From an uncultured delta proteobacterium (GTDB lineage Bacteria > Myxococcota_A > Polyangia > Polyangiales > Houyiibacteriaceae): 64,000 nucleotides of DNA. A program made the translations under genes and the position numbers. Positions 1 to 8,983 of the stretch are shown one piece after another. The stretch spans positions 256,001 through 320,000 of the forward strand of contig CAVOVB010000002.1 of NCBI GenBank assembly GCA_963699755.1. The letters run 5' to 3'. The notes below the pieces were generated by a model that did no database searches, was not told the origin of the DNA, and saw only the letters and a program-made list of their open reading frames with translations. How positions within the stretch are numbered: the first letter of the stretch is position 1; every line of letters starts with the position of its first letter.

Positions 1-200
1 CGCAACTGGACGAATTCACCCGTCGTCGGCTGGCCCCCCTCGTCGTACTCGAGGGGCGGGCAAAGCACGCGACCATCGGCCGTCTTGACGCCTTCGAGCA
101 CTTCGTACCGAAGACTTTCCAAGAAGCGACCGACTACGGGCCCGGTGCTTCGGGTGTACGTGTATTCGAGCGCGTATGGAGCCGACAGAATCTCGCTCAT
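1..200 (-). CDS. DUF35/OB-fold acyl-CoA-associated protein, Rv3521-like (5' part only; runs off the left edge)
   Basis: Manual translation from ATG at 200: MSEILSAPYALEYTYTRSTGPVVGRFLESLR...DGRVLCPPLEYDE. The YTRSTGP/GRV-PP-EYD pattern resembles the actinobacterial Rv3521 family. Not in the ORF track because it is truncated. Confidence 0.75.
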   Translation of the reverse strand, partial: MSEILSAPYALEYTYTRSTGPVVGRFLESLRYEVLEGVKTADGRVLCPPLEYDEGGQPTTGEFVQL

Positions 201-227
201 GGGTGTATACCGCCTGGATCTGGGCTC

Positions 228-563
228 TCAGCCCTGGGGAAAGAATTTCTGCATCTTCTGAGCGAGAGCGATATTGCCCTTCACCTTGAGCTTGCGCGTG
301 AGGAACGCCTTGCGCCCGTCGAGGTCGCCATTGGCCATCTCGACGAACTTCGCAGCGTCCATCATCACGTTGAGAGTCGGCTTCTCGACACCACCGGTCT
401 TGACGCCCTTGAACTCCCCGTCGGTGATTGTGATGGTCCACTCGCCGCCGCCGTCACCTGAAAGCGTATATTGAATCTGGGCGTTGACACCTTTGGCCTG
501 CTCCGGCTCGAATCGATCGGCAAGGGTGTCGAAATACTCTGCTGTGTTGGCTACTTTGGCCAT
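228..563 (-). CDS. SCP2 sterol/lipid-binding domain protein
   Basis: ATG at 563 with upstream GGAGGT RBS. SCP2 hallmarks: IQYTLSGDGGGEW...AFLTRKLKVKGNIALAQK. Confidence 0.9.
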   Translation of the reverse strand: MAKVANTAEYFDTLADRFEPEQAKGVNAQIQYTLSGDGGGEWTITITDGEFKGVKTGGVEKPTLNVMMDAAKFVEMANGDLDGRKAFLTRKLKVKGNIALAQKMQKFFPQG

Positions 564-605
564 GTTCACCTCCCGGTTCCGGGTCGAAAAAGGGTCCACT
601 AGAAG

Positions 606-619
606 TGAAACGTGTTCTA
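606..619. promoter_or_regulatory. KstR-type operator palindrome TGAAACGTGTTCTA (site 1)
   Basis: Exact match to TnnAACnnGTTnnA, about 40 bp upstream of the SCP2 start. Overlaps a minus-strand TTGACG-N17-TAGAAC promoter-like arrangement. Confidence 0.75.
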
Positions 620-693
620 TTTTGCCGAAGGCGCCACGTCAAGCCGCCTCGTTCCCCGGGCCGAAGAAAAGCCTCGAAATGCTGCCGCGCCGG

Positions 694-1062
694 CTACTGC
701 TGATTCGCAGGAGGCACGATCGAGCCGACGACGTGGAGGCCGGCGACGCACTCCTCGCCCACGCGGCGAGCCCAGATGACGCGTGCCCGCTTGAAGAGCA
801 CCCGCCCAGTGTGCGTCGTGATGCGCAAGTCACAGAGCGCGCCGGTCGAGAGCCAGCGGTCGAGGGCGACTTGGATCCCCATCGCGCTCACATCCAAAGC
901 CGTCGCCTGGGTTTGGATCGGCGAAAGGATCTGGATCTTCGCGTCGGAGGCCCAGCGGGTATCATGGCGCCGTTCCTCAGGCGGCGCCGCGCGGCGAACC
1001 TCGGAGTGGCTCCGGCCCGGAGGCGGTGGATTCGAACCTTGTCTCGGAACCTTTGAGCTCAT
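694..1062 (-). CDS. PilZ domain protein (c-di-GMP receptor)
   Basis: RxxxR (ERRHDTR) and DxSxxG (DVSAMG) motifs followed by ARVIW...VAGL. Start chosen at ATG 1062. Confidence 0.75.
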   Translation of the reverse strand: MSSKVPRQGSNPPPPGRSHSEVRRAAPPEERRHDTRWASDAKIQILSPIQTQATALDVSAMGIQVALDRWLSTGALCDLRITTHTGRVLFKRARVIWARRVGEECVAGLHVVGSIVPPANQQ

Positions 1063-1209
1063 GAACGGCCTGGACTCTGCGCTTAGATCATGCCGAGCAG
1101 CCCGGACAATGTCGACTAAGTCACCAAGTCGTGTGCGGCATGTCACAGACCGCTCCCGCGCTGAGCCTCGAGGCGCGGTCTATATCCCTGATCGAGGACT
1201 CGGCTGGGA

Positions 1210-2364
1210 TCAGCCCAGCCGCTCGATGATGGTGACGTTGGCCTGACCGCCACCCTCGCACATCGTCTGGAGACCATAGCGGCCGCCGCTGCGCTCGAGC
1301 TCGTGCAGAAGCGTCGTCATGAGCTTCGCGCCCGTTGCGCCGAGCGGATGGCCGAGGGCGATCGCGCCGCCGTTTACGTTCACCTTGGCGAGGTCGACGT
1401 CGAGCTCCTTGGCCCATGCGCAGACGACTGGTGCAAAGGCTTCGTTGATCTCGACAAGGTCGATGTCATCGAGGCTCATGCCGGACTTCTCCATGGCGTA
1501 GCGAGTCGCTGGGATGGGAGCGGAGAGCATGCGAATCGGATCCTCGCCGCGAACGCTCAAATGATGAATGCGCGCGCGGGGGGTGAGGTTGTGCTCCTTG
1601 AGCGCTTTCTCCGAGACGATGAGAAGCGCGGCGGAACCATCGGAAATCTGGCTGGCCACCGCCGCCGTGAGCCGTCCACCCTCCATGAGGATGGGAAGCG
1701 CGGCCATTTTCTCGAGGGTGGTGTCGGGACGCGGGCCTTCATCGGCGGTCACGTCGCCAAAGGGGATAATCTCACGATCGAATCGGCCCTCCTTCTGTGC
1801 TTGGATCGCGCGTCGATGGCTTTCGAGCGCGAACCTCTCGAGCTCTTCGCGAGAGAGATCCCAGTCCTTGGCGATCATTTCAGCGCCGTAGAACTGATTG
1901 ACGGGCCTGTCGCCATAACGTTCCTTCCAGCCCACCGAAGTGGAGAACGGGTCGGGAATGCCGAGCTCTTTGCCCGCGATCATCGAAGCGCCGATGGGGA
2001 TCATGCTCATGTTCTGAACGCCACCTGCAACGACGACATCTTGTGTGCCGCTCATGACCCCCTGCGCGGCGAAGTGAACCGCCTGCTGCGAGGAACCGCA
2101 CTGGCGGTCGACCGTAACACCTGGAACGTGCTCTGGATAGCCGGCTGCCAGCCAGCAGGTGCGGGCGATGTCCCCGGCCTGGGTGGCTACCGAGTCCACG
2201 CAGCCGAAGACTACGTCATCGACGGCGCCCGGGTCGATCCCCGTGCGTTCGATCACCCCCTTGATCGCGTGGGCGCCGAGGTCGGCGGAGTGGACTTTGC
2301 TCAGGCCGCCCTTCTTTCTTCCGACGGGCGAACGAACTGCTTCGACGATGTATGCATCCGGCAT
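1210..2364 (-). CDS. fadA6: Acetyl-CoA C-acetyltransferase (thiolase), FadA6-like, HIP pathway
   Basis: Thiolase motifs DRQCGSSQQ, NEAFA, GHPLGATG and TMCEGGG. N-terminus AYIVEAVRSPVG-KKGGLS-VHSADLGAH resembles Rv3556c. Cluster context. Confidence 0.88.
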   Translation of the reverse strand: MPDAYIVEAVRSPVGRKKGGLSKVHSADLGAHAIKGVIERTGIDPGAVDDVVFGCVDSVATQAGDIARTCWLAAGYPEHVPGVTVDRQCGSSQQAVHFAAQGVMSGTQDVVVAGGVQNMSMIPIGASMIAGKELGIPDPFSTSVGWKERYGDRPVNQFYGAEMIAKDWDLSREELERFALESHRRAIQAQKEGRFDREIIPFGDVTADEGPRPDTTLEKMAALPILMEGGRLTAAVASQISDGSAALLIVSEKALKEHNLTPRARIHHLSVRGEDPIRMLSAPIPATRYAMEKSGMSLDDIDLVEINEAFAPVVCAWAKELDVDLAKVNVNGGAIALGHPLGATGAKLMTTLLHELERSGGRYGLQTMCEGGGQANVTIIERLG

Positions 2365-2431
2365 CTGAACCTCGCTATGAACTTCTCTTTAGGGGGAGTG
2401 GATGTCGCACGCAAGGCGCTACCCAGTGAGC

Positions 2432-3445
2432 TCAAAGAATGTGACGGCCTATTCGCTCTCGATGATGGGCTGCGTCCCCGTGTGCCGCGGCGAGGGCCCA
2501 AGCCCGTTTCATCCACATGTGGAGGTCGCATTCGATGGTGTAGCCAATCGCGCCATGAACCTGCAGCGCCTCCTTGGCAACGAATTTTGCAGCTTGGCCT
2601 GCATAGATCTTTGCAAGGGAGACATCGACCTCCGCGTCGCGTGAAACAGTGGCCACCGCCCAGGCGGCGCGATAAACCATCGGTCGGGCGAACTCCTGCT
2701 GAATCAGCGCGTTGGCGAGCCGGTGCTTGATCGCCTGCTGTGCACCGATGGGCTTGCCGAACTGCTCTCGGTCTTTGGCGTATTGCACGGCCATGTCCAG
2801 CATGCGTCCCGACAGCCCGAGCAGCTGGGCCGCCGTGGCTAGTGCGGCTCGCTCCCGGCCGAGTGCAAAGAGCGCCTGCGTGTCTACGTCTTCGCGCATG
2901 CGGTACTGCGCGCTGTGCTCAAACGAGACGCGGCCGAGCTCGCGTGTGCGGTCGACCGATTGCTCTGGCTGGGTTGAGACCTCGCTGATGGGCACGCAGT
3001 ACCCGGCCCCGCCTCGCTCGGCGATCAACACGTCCGCCGACGCGGCGTAGGGTACGATCGTTTGGTCTTCGAACGAGACTACGATGCGCGCCTCGCCTGC
3101 CGCGGCGGGGCTGAGCCAGCGCTCCTTCTGCGCATCGGTGCCGGCGGCCTCGATCAGCGGAATTCCAACCGCGACGGTATCAACGATCGGCCCCGGCAAT
3201 GCTGCATAGCCGGCTTCTTCGAGGGGAAGCACGAGGTCAAGCTCGCTCATCCCCATGCCGCCAACGTCCTCGGAAGCCGTCATGCCGATCACGCCGGTCT
3301 CGGCGAGCGTGTCCCAAACCGCGCGGACGCCCTCGGGGCGCCCTTCCCAAGCGGCGCGCACGACCTCGGGCGGACACTCGCGCTGCAAGACTTCGCGAAC
3401 GGTGTCGCGGAGCATCTTCTGGTCGTCAGCGAAAGCGAAATGCAT
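2432..3445 (-). CDS. fadE32: Acyl-CoA dehydrogenase, short subunit of a heteromeric ACAD, FadE32-like
   Basis: ACAD C-terminal motifs REQFGKPIG-QQAIKH and LQVHGAIGYT-E-DLH. 337 aa, directly after the fadE31-like gene. Confidence 0.72.
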   Translation of the reverse strand: MHFAFADDQKMLRDTVREVLQRECPPEVVRAAWEGRPEGVRAVWDTLAETGVIGMTASEDVGGMGMSELDLVLPLEEAGYAALPGPIVDTVAVGIPLIEAAGTDAQKERWLSPAAAGEARIVVSFEDQTIVPYAASADVLIAERGGAGYCVPISEVSTQPEQSVDRTRELGRVSFEHSAQYRMREDVDTQALFALGRERAALATAAQLLGLSGRMLDMAVQYAKDREQFGKPIGAQQAIKHRLANALIQQEFARPMVYRAAWAVATVSRDAEVDVSLAKIYAGQAAKFVAKEALQVHGAIGYTIECDLHMWMKRAWALAAAHGDAAHHRERIGRHIL

Positions 3446-3449
3446 GACG

Positions 3450-4610
3450 CTATTTCCGCGGAAGCCCGAGGACGCGCTCGGCGATGATGTTGCGCTGGAT
3501 TTCGTTCGTGCCGGCGTAGATGGGGCCCGCCAGCGCGAACTGAAAACCCTTCATCCAGCTCCCTGCGTCGACCGCGCTGTCCGAGCCCTCATCGAGCTCG
3601 AGCGCGTCGCCGATGATCGAGAGCGCGGTTTCGTGCGTGCGCACGTCCATCTCGGACCAGAAGACCTTGTTCATACTGGAATCGGGGCCGATCGATTCAC
3701 CCTGCATCATACGCGTGACCGTCTGAAAGGTGAACCAGCGGTAGGCCTGCGCGTCCATCCAGGCCTGAATCACCTGGTCGCGGAGGATCGGATCGGAGCG
3801 GTCGCGGTATCGGTGGTAGAGCTCGATCAGACGCGACGCGGTCGCCATGAACCGACCAGGGCTCCTCAGGCTGAGGCCGCGTTCCGAGCTCGTGGTCGCC
3901 ATCGCGACCTTCCAGCCCTGATTGACCTCTCCGATGATGTCTTTGTCAGGGACAAACACATCTTCGAGGAAGATCTCGGCGAAGCCTTCGTCGCCATCGA
4001 GGCGATCGACGCCGCGCACCGTGGCACCCTCCGCGTGCAGCGGGAACATGAAATAGGTGAGCCCTCGATGACGCGCCTGCTCGGTGTCGGTGCGAAACAG
4101 GCCATAGGCCATATCGCAGAAGGCAGCGCGGGTGGACCAGGTTTTTTGTCCGCTCAGACGCCAGCCGCCATCGACGCGGCGCGCGGTGCTCTTGAGCGAA
4201 GCGAGGTCGCTGCCCGCGTTGGGCTCGGACCATGCCTGGCCCCAGGAGACATCTCCTCGCGCCATCGGGCGAAGAATGCGCTCCTTCTGCTCGTCAGTCC
4301 CGAACTCGAACAAGGTCGGCGCCAATAAGAAGATGCCGTTCTGGGTCACACGGCTTGGAGCATTGGCGCGGTAGTATTCCTCTTCGAAGATGAGCCATTC
4401 GAAGAGCGTGGCCTCACGCCCGCCATACTGCCTGGGCCAGGAGACCGCAGCCCAGCCGGCGTCGAAGAGCTTGTGTTCCCACTCTAGGTGCAGGGCGTAC
4501 CCGTCCCTGGTGTCGCCTGAGGGCAAGGATTCGAGCGGCACGTTGGCTTCGAGCCAGGAGCGGCACTCCTCGCGAAAGGCGTTCTCGGAGTCGGTGAAGT
4601 CGAGGTCCAT
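3450..4610 (-). CDS. fadE31: Acyl-CoA dehydrogenase, FadE31-like
   Basis: WLIFEEEYYRANAP, QAWSEPNAGSDLASL and IYAGTNEIQRNIIAERVLGLPR. Resembles Rv3562. Confidence 0.82.
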   Translation of the reverse strand: MDLDFTDSENAFREECRSWLEANVPLESLPSGDTRDGYALHLEWEHKLFDAGWAAVSWPRQYGGREATLFEWLIFEEEYYRANAPSRVTQNGIFLLAPTLFEFGTDEQKERILRPMARGDVSWGQAWSEPNAGSDLASLKSTARRVDGGWRLSGQKTWSTRAAFCDMAYGLFRTDTEQARHRGLTYFMFPLHAEGATVRGVDRLDGDEGFAEIFLEDVFVPDKDIIGEVNQGWKVAMATTSSERGLSLRSPGRFMATASRLIELYHRYRDRSDPILRDQVIQAWMDAQAYRWFTFQTVTRMMQGESIGPDSSMNKVFWSEMDVRTHETALSIIGDALELDEGSDSAVDAGSWMKGFQFALAGPIYAGTNEIQRNIIAERVLGLPRK

Positions 4611-4619
4611 CGCTTTGGC

Positions 4620-5978
4620 TCAGGCGCCCAACCTTTCGAGCGTTGCCTCCGCCTCGGCCATGATACGTTGGAGAAGCTCGGCAACCGTCGGGATTTCGTC
4701 GATGACGCCAGCGACTTGGCCCGTCGGCAAGATACCGGCTTCGACTTTGCCATCGACCATCGACGCCTTGGTCAACATCGGCGCATTGGCCGCCATCGCG
4801 AGCTGTGCCCAGGTGAGCTCCTGATTCTGCTTCATCGCGATGCCTTCTTCGAGAAGCTCCGGCAGGGAGGTACCGGTGACCTTCATCAATGACAAGGCAT
4901 TGAGTGCAGCTCGGGGAAAACGAGTCAGCGGGCTCGCCTTCTCGAGCTGGTCGATGAGAAGCGTTCGGATGACGCGTTGCGGATAGCCGTCGACGGCCTT
5001 GGTGACGACAGTCCCGTTTGCCTTCGTCTCGACGTAGATTCGCTTGACGTGGTCGGGCACCTGGCTGTCTTTGGTGAGCAGGAAGCGCGTGCCCATGGCG
5101 ATGCCTTCGGCTCCAAATGCAAGCGCCGCCACCAGACCGCGTCCGTCGCGGAAACCCCCGGCGCCGACAACGGGAATGTCGACTGCAGCGGCGACGTCCG
5201 GAATCAGAATCGAGGTGGGAATCTGCCCTGTGTGGCCGCCGCCTTCGTGCCCCTGCGCGATCACCGCATCGACGCCCCAGGCCTGCACCTTTTCGGCGTG
5301 TCGGCGCGCCCCAATCGTCGGCATCGTGAGGACGCCGGCGTCCTTGAGCGTCTTGATGACGCGCTCGCCGGGCGCCTGCGCAAAGCTTGCGACCTTGATC
5401 TTCTCGCGGATGAGAAGCTCCACGCGCTTCATCACGTCGGATTGATCGGCCCGCATGTTCACACCGAACGGCTTGTCGGTCCGGCTCTTGACCTTGGCGA
5501 TCGCCTCCTCGAGCTCGCGGAAGGTCATCGTCGCCGCTGCGAGAATCCCGAGGCCTCCTGCCTGGCTGGTCGCCGAGGTGAGCTTTGCACCGGACACCCA
5601 GCCCATGCCGGTCTGAATGATCGGGTACTCGATGCCGAACATCTCACAGATCCGGGTGTGGAGTGCCGGCTTGGCTTTCGCTGCCTTCTCGGAGGCCGTC
5701 GCTTGGACAGCCGTGACGCGAACGGGCGGCTTACTCTTGCGGGCCTGGGTCTTTGGCTTGGGCGTGACGGACGCCCGCTTCTTCGCAGGCGCCTTGCTGG
5801 CTCGCTTGGCTTTGGGTGGCGCGGACTTCTTCGGGGCGTTTGTCGTGGCCTTCGCTTTCGGCGCAGCGGACGCTCGCTTCTTAGCAGGCGCCTGCGCCAT
5901 GCGCTTGGTCGTTGCCTTGGGCGCCCCAGACGTTCGATTCTGCCTGGGCGCTTTAGTCGTCCTCTTCTCAGCGCTCAT
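4620..5978 (-). CDS. ipdC: IpdC-like FMN-dependent enoyl-CoA reductase (nitronate monooxygenase fold) with a Lys/Ala/Pro-rich N-terminal extension of about 105 aa
   Basis: Core LHTRICEMFGIEYPIIQTGMGWV, QGHEGGGHTG, AGGFRDGRGL and ILPTGQVAG. Start overlaps the ipdB stop (ATGA). Confidence 0.85.
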   Translation of the reverse strand: MSAEKRTTKAPRQNRTSGAPKATTKRMAQAPAKKRASAAPKAKATTNAPKKSAPPKAKRASKAPAKKRASVTPKPKTQARKSKPPVRVTAVQATASEKAAKAKPALHTRICEMFGIEYPIIQTGMGWVSGAKLTSATSQAGGLGILAAATMTFRELEEAIAKVKSRTDKPFGVNMRADQSDVMKRVELLIREKIKVASFAQAPGERVIKTLKDAGVLTMPTIGARRHAEKVQAWGVDAVIAQGHEGGGHTGQIPTSILIPDVAAAVDIPVVGAGGFRDGRGLVAALAFGAEGIAMGTRFLLTKDSQVPDHVKRIYVETKANGTVVTKAVDGYPQRVIRTLLIDQLEKASPLTRFPRAALNALSLMKVTGTSLPELLEEGIAMKQNQELTWAQLAMAANAPMLTKASMVDGKVEAGILPTGQVAGVIDEIPTVAELLQRIMAEAEATLERLGA

Positions 5979-6739
5979 CCTACGACTTCTTTCTGCGCGT
6001 ACCCTTGCGGATCGAGCTCACGCAACACACCAACGAGCTCTGGGGTCGGGACCGGGGTCGTGTCCAGCCCATCTGGGACCACGAGCTCGAAACCCGTGTT
6101 GTCGATCACCTCTTCGAGCACCACGCCTCGATGAAGCGAGACCAAACGCATGCGGTGATCGGGCGTGTTGAAATCGAAGACGCCGAGATTGGTGACCACT
6201 CGCCGAATCTCGTGAAAGCGGCTGCCTGCGGGCCCGAGAGCAGCGGCGCGATCGTACCCCACCCCACTCACCATATCGACCTTTGCCACGAAGACTCGGG
6301 CGTTGTGATTCGGAACCCAGTAGCTGGTCACATGGTTGATTGTGTTGCCGGGCGCTCCGCGAACGCCGAGCAGCTGCGCCTTCGGCCTCTCCCAGGGGCC
6401 GATGCACGCGATGTTCTGATTGCCGAACTGATCGATCTGTGAGGCGCCCATCATCACGTGACGGCGTCCCCACCAGAGGGTGTCGAAGACTGCGCCGAAC
6501 GGCATCCAACCCTCGACGTCGCGATCGCTCGGCTCGACCCCGAGCGGAAGCGCACGACGGAGCAACAAGTTGAACCCATCGGTCATCAGCAAGTCCGGCT
6601 CGAAGGTCGACTTCGCCAAGCGTGCGCCCAGGCTCGGGCTCGTTCCCATCGCGCTGACCATGATCTCGCCGTCGTTTCGAAAGCACTCGGCAATGGCGAG
6701 CGCGCAGACATCGGCGCGGGTGGCTTCGGTGCTGCTCAT
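5975..6739 (-). CDS. ipdB: IpdB, CoA-transferase-like beta subunit (COCHEA-CoA ring hydrolase)
   Basis: TRADVC...TFEPDLLMTDG, GRRHVMMGASQIDQFGNQNI and LLGVRGAPGNTINH. ATG 6739 overlaps the ipdA stop. Confidence 0.88.
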   Translation of the reverse strand: MSSTEATRADVCALAIAECFRNDGEIMVSAMGTSPSLGARLAKSTFEPDLLMTDGFNLLLRRALPLGVEPSDRDVEGWMPFGAVFDTLWWGRRHVMMGASQIDQFGNQNIACIGPWERPKAQLLGVRGAPGNTINHVTSYWVPNHNARVFVAKVDMVSGVGYDRAAALGPAGSRFHEIRRVVTNLGVFDFNTPDHRMRLVSLHRGVVLEEVIDNTGFELVVPDGLDTTPVPTPELVGVLRELDPQGYAQKEVVG

Positions 6740-7581
6740 GATGCCACCGCCTTTTGGTAGTCGGCCTCGCTCGCGTCGAGGTATTTCGCACGGAACGCCT
6801 TCCAAGCTTCTTCGTCGTTTGAGGTCGCGGCATATTCGCGCTGAAATTTCTCGTCACGCGCATAGTCGGGCGAACACTCCGTGAAGTGCGCGCCGCCGGG
6901 CGCCTCGACCACTCCGCTCACCATCATGCGGTTGATCAGCAAGCTCTGGAGCGGCCCGCCGCTGACGAGCTCGTCGGTCGACACGATCTTCTCCGAGCTC
7001 ATGAAGGACTTCTTCGCGGCCATGCAGAAGAGGTTGTCGAAGTAGGGGTCGCGGCCGAGGGCTTGGCCGTTCCCCAGGGCATCCGCGCGATTCATGTGAA
7101 TGAAGGCGACGTCGAGGTTCAGTGCGGGCACGGCGACCAACTCCTCGCCATCGTCGTAGGGCGATATCACGGTCTTGAGGTGCGGATTGATCTTCAGGAC
7201 GTCGGAGCCTAGGCCTGCTCGAGTCGGCAAGAAGGGCAGCCTTTGTGCAGCCGCTCGGAGCCCGAGGAGAAACATCCCCTCATCTAGCTCAACCGCCTGG
7301 AGCGCCCCGTTTTGCCGAGCCTTCCGGAACTGTGGCTCGAGGGGAATCGAATCGAGTGACACGAAGCCGTAGACGGCCTTCTTGAGCTGTCCCGTTGCGC
7401 AGAGGATTCCGATGTCAGGACCGCCGTATGAGACGACCGTCAAGTTCCTCACACCCTTGCGGACCAGCGCTCGTACGAACGCCATCGGCTTACGCCGCGA
7501 GCCCCACCCTCCGATGCCGATTGTCATTCCGTCGGTGACCTCGGCGACGGCTTCATCCACCGTCATGCGTTTGTCTGTCAC
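6736..7581 (-). CDS. ipdA: IpdA, CoA-transferase-like alpha subunit
   Basis: GMTIGIGGWGSRRKPMA, YGFVSLDSIPLEP, ELDEGM and LPFLPTRAGLGSD, typical of the Rv3551 family. Confidence 0.9.
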   Translation of the reverse strand: MTDKRMTVDEAVAEVTDGMTIGIGGWGSRRKPMAFVRALVRKGVRNLTVVSYGGPDIGILCATGQLKKAVYGFVSLDSIPLEPQFRKARQNGALQAVELDEGMFLLGLRAAAQRLPFLPTRAGLGSDVLKINPHLKTVISPYDDGEELVAVPALNLDVAFIHMNRADALGNGQALGRDPYFDNLFCMAAKKSFMSSEKIVSTDELVSGGPLQSLLINRMMVSGVVEAPGGAHFTECSPDYARDEKFQREYAATSNDEEAWKAFRAKYLDASEADYQKAVAS

Positions 7582-7590
7582 GAAGCTACC

Positions 7591-8352
7591 TCACTTCTTG
7601 TCGGTGTTGGGGTCGCGCTTCTCGACGAACGCGTCCCGCGCCTCGTCGGCCACGCCTGCCAAGTTCAGCTCGAAGGTAAAGCCCTGCTCGAATCGGTACG
7701 AACGATTCACGTCCACCGGATCGATGTTGTTGAGGCATTCCTTCGCTACGCGCACGACCCGCGGGATCTTTTTCGTGAAGGTGCGAGCAATTTCCCTCGC
7801 CTTGTCGGCGAGCTGAGCTTCTTCGACGACGGCGTAAACCGAGCCCCAGTTGTGCAGCTCCTCCGCCGTCGCGGCCTCGCAAGTCAGGACCATCGCGCGC
7901 ATCTTGAGCGCCGGAACCAAACGAGCGAGGTGGGTGGCCGCACCGAGCGCGCCCCGATCCACTTCAGGCAATGCAAACCTGGTGCCCTTGGCAGCGATGA
8001 GGATGTCCGAGTTGCCGGCGAGGCCGATGCCGCCACCGACGCAGTAGCCGTGCACGGCGGTGATCACGGGGACCTTGCACTCGTAGACGGCCTTGAACGA
8101 TTCCCAGCAGCCGCGATTGGCCCCAAGAAGGGCATCGAAGCCGTCGTTGCTCTGCATCTCTTTGATGTCGACACCGGCGTTGAAGCCTCGCCCCTCGGCC
8201 CGCAGAATGACCACCCTGGTTTCCGGGTCGTTCCCGGCAGCGCTGATCAAGTCTGCAAGCTCGAACCAGCCGTCTACGGGAATCGCGTTGACCGGGGGAA
8301 AGTCGACGACGATTTCGGCGATTCCATCGATAATTTCATGCGAAATACCCAC
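7591..8352 (-). CDS. echA20: Enoyl-CoA hydratase family ring-cleaving enzyme, EchA20-like
   Basis: PPVNAI, FNAGVDIKE, LPEVDRGALGAATHL and SYRFEQGFTFELN. Directly upstream of ipdAB, as for Rv3550. Confidence 0.88.
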   Translation of the reverse strand: MGISHEIIDGIAEIVVDFPPVNAIPVDGWFELADLISAAGNDPETRVVILRAEGRGFNAGVDIKEMQSNDGFDALLGANRGCWESFKAVYECKVPVITAVHGYCVGGGIGLAGNSDILIAAKGTRFALPEVDRGALGAATHLARLVPALKMRAMVLTCEAATAEELHNWGSVYAVVEEAQLADKAREIARTFTKKIPRVVRVAKECLNNIDPVDVNRSYRFEQGFTFELNLAGVADEARDAFVEKRDPNTDKK

Positions 8353-8380
8353 GGCGCATCCCTTCCAAGCAGGGCCGAAG

Positions 8381-8394
8381 TGAAACGCGTTTCA
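8381..8394. promoter_or_regulatory. KstR-type operator, perfect palindrome TGAAACGCGTTTCA (site 2)
   Basis: 28 bp upstream of the echA20 start, just downstream of a minus-strand TTGACC -35-like hexamer. Confidence 0.8.
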
Positions 8395-8423
8395 GTCCGC
8401 GGGTCAAGCCGACGAGAGGGTGC

Positions 8424-8888
8424 TCAGGCCACGAGGGTGTCGAGGAACCCCTCGGTCGCCGTCCCGATGGGCCGCGCTATTGGCGCCAGCTCGGCACGGA
8501 CGGCGTCCGCAGCGCTCGGGACGTCGGGGGTCGTGCCGGTGCGAATCAGCGGCGTTCGAAAGCGGTACACGACCTGGAGCACAGCCCGATCGATCGCTTC
8601 GGGCACTACGACCACCACGGAGAAATCGTCTCGTTTCAGCTTGTCACGGCGAGCGTCCAGCCAGCGGGCGAAGGTCTTGGGATGGCGCGCTGCAATCACG
8701 CCGGTGCCACGTTCGTGTCGAACCAGCCCGACGAACGGCAGCGCGTGATCGAGTTGGAAATCGGCGATGCTCAGCATCAGCTCGATTTCGTGGTCCTCGA
8801 TGAGTCGAGGCCGTTTCATGTCGCAAAGTAGGTGAGGCATCCTCACGAAAGCGAGAAATCCCTCGAAGCGCGGGAACGATGAATACAT
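8424..8888 (-). CDS. Hypothetical protein, possibly STAS/SEC14 (SpoIIAA-like) fold; start uncertain
   Basis: Fills the gap divergent from fadD3. Its pattern (F-ARWLD-RR-KL..VVVV..R-VL..Y....P) loosely parallels the 11344 protein. Confidence 0.45.
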   Translation of the reverse strand: MYSSFPRFEGFLAFVRMPHLLCDMKRPRLIEDHEIELMLSIADFQLDHALPFVGLVRHERGTGVIAARHPKTFARWLDARRDKLKRDDFSVVVVVPEAIDRAVLQVVYRFRTPLIRTGTTPDVPSAADAVRAELAPIARPIGTATEGFLDTLVA

Positions 8889-8983
8889 TACTTCGCTCGT
8901 CAATCCGAGTATGGTGATGAAACGAACAGTGACCGAGCGGTGCTGTCTTGCCCATCTCTTGGCTTGGCGATATCACGGTCGCC

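Noticed and set aside
1011..1040. GGTTCGAATCC (tRNA T-arm-like) on the minus strand
   Set aside because: No acceptor, D or anticodon arms can be built around it. It lies in frame in the PilZ gene (QGSNPPPP).
1303..2730. 475-aa plus-strand ORF over fadA6 (and many similar antisense ORFs in the track)
   Set aside because: Antisense shadows of well-supported genes with no protein-family signal.
7591..8352. Crotonase as the missing MenB
   Set aside because: It lacks MenB motifs (FCSGGDQ, GSFDGG) and matches EchA20 in sequence and position next to ipdAB.
8918..8931. TGAAACGAACAGTG upstream of fadD3 as a fifth operator
   Set aside because: Only the left half-site is present. The GTT right arm is missing.
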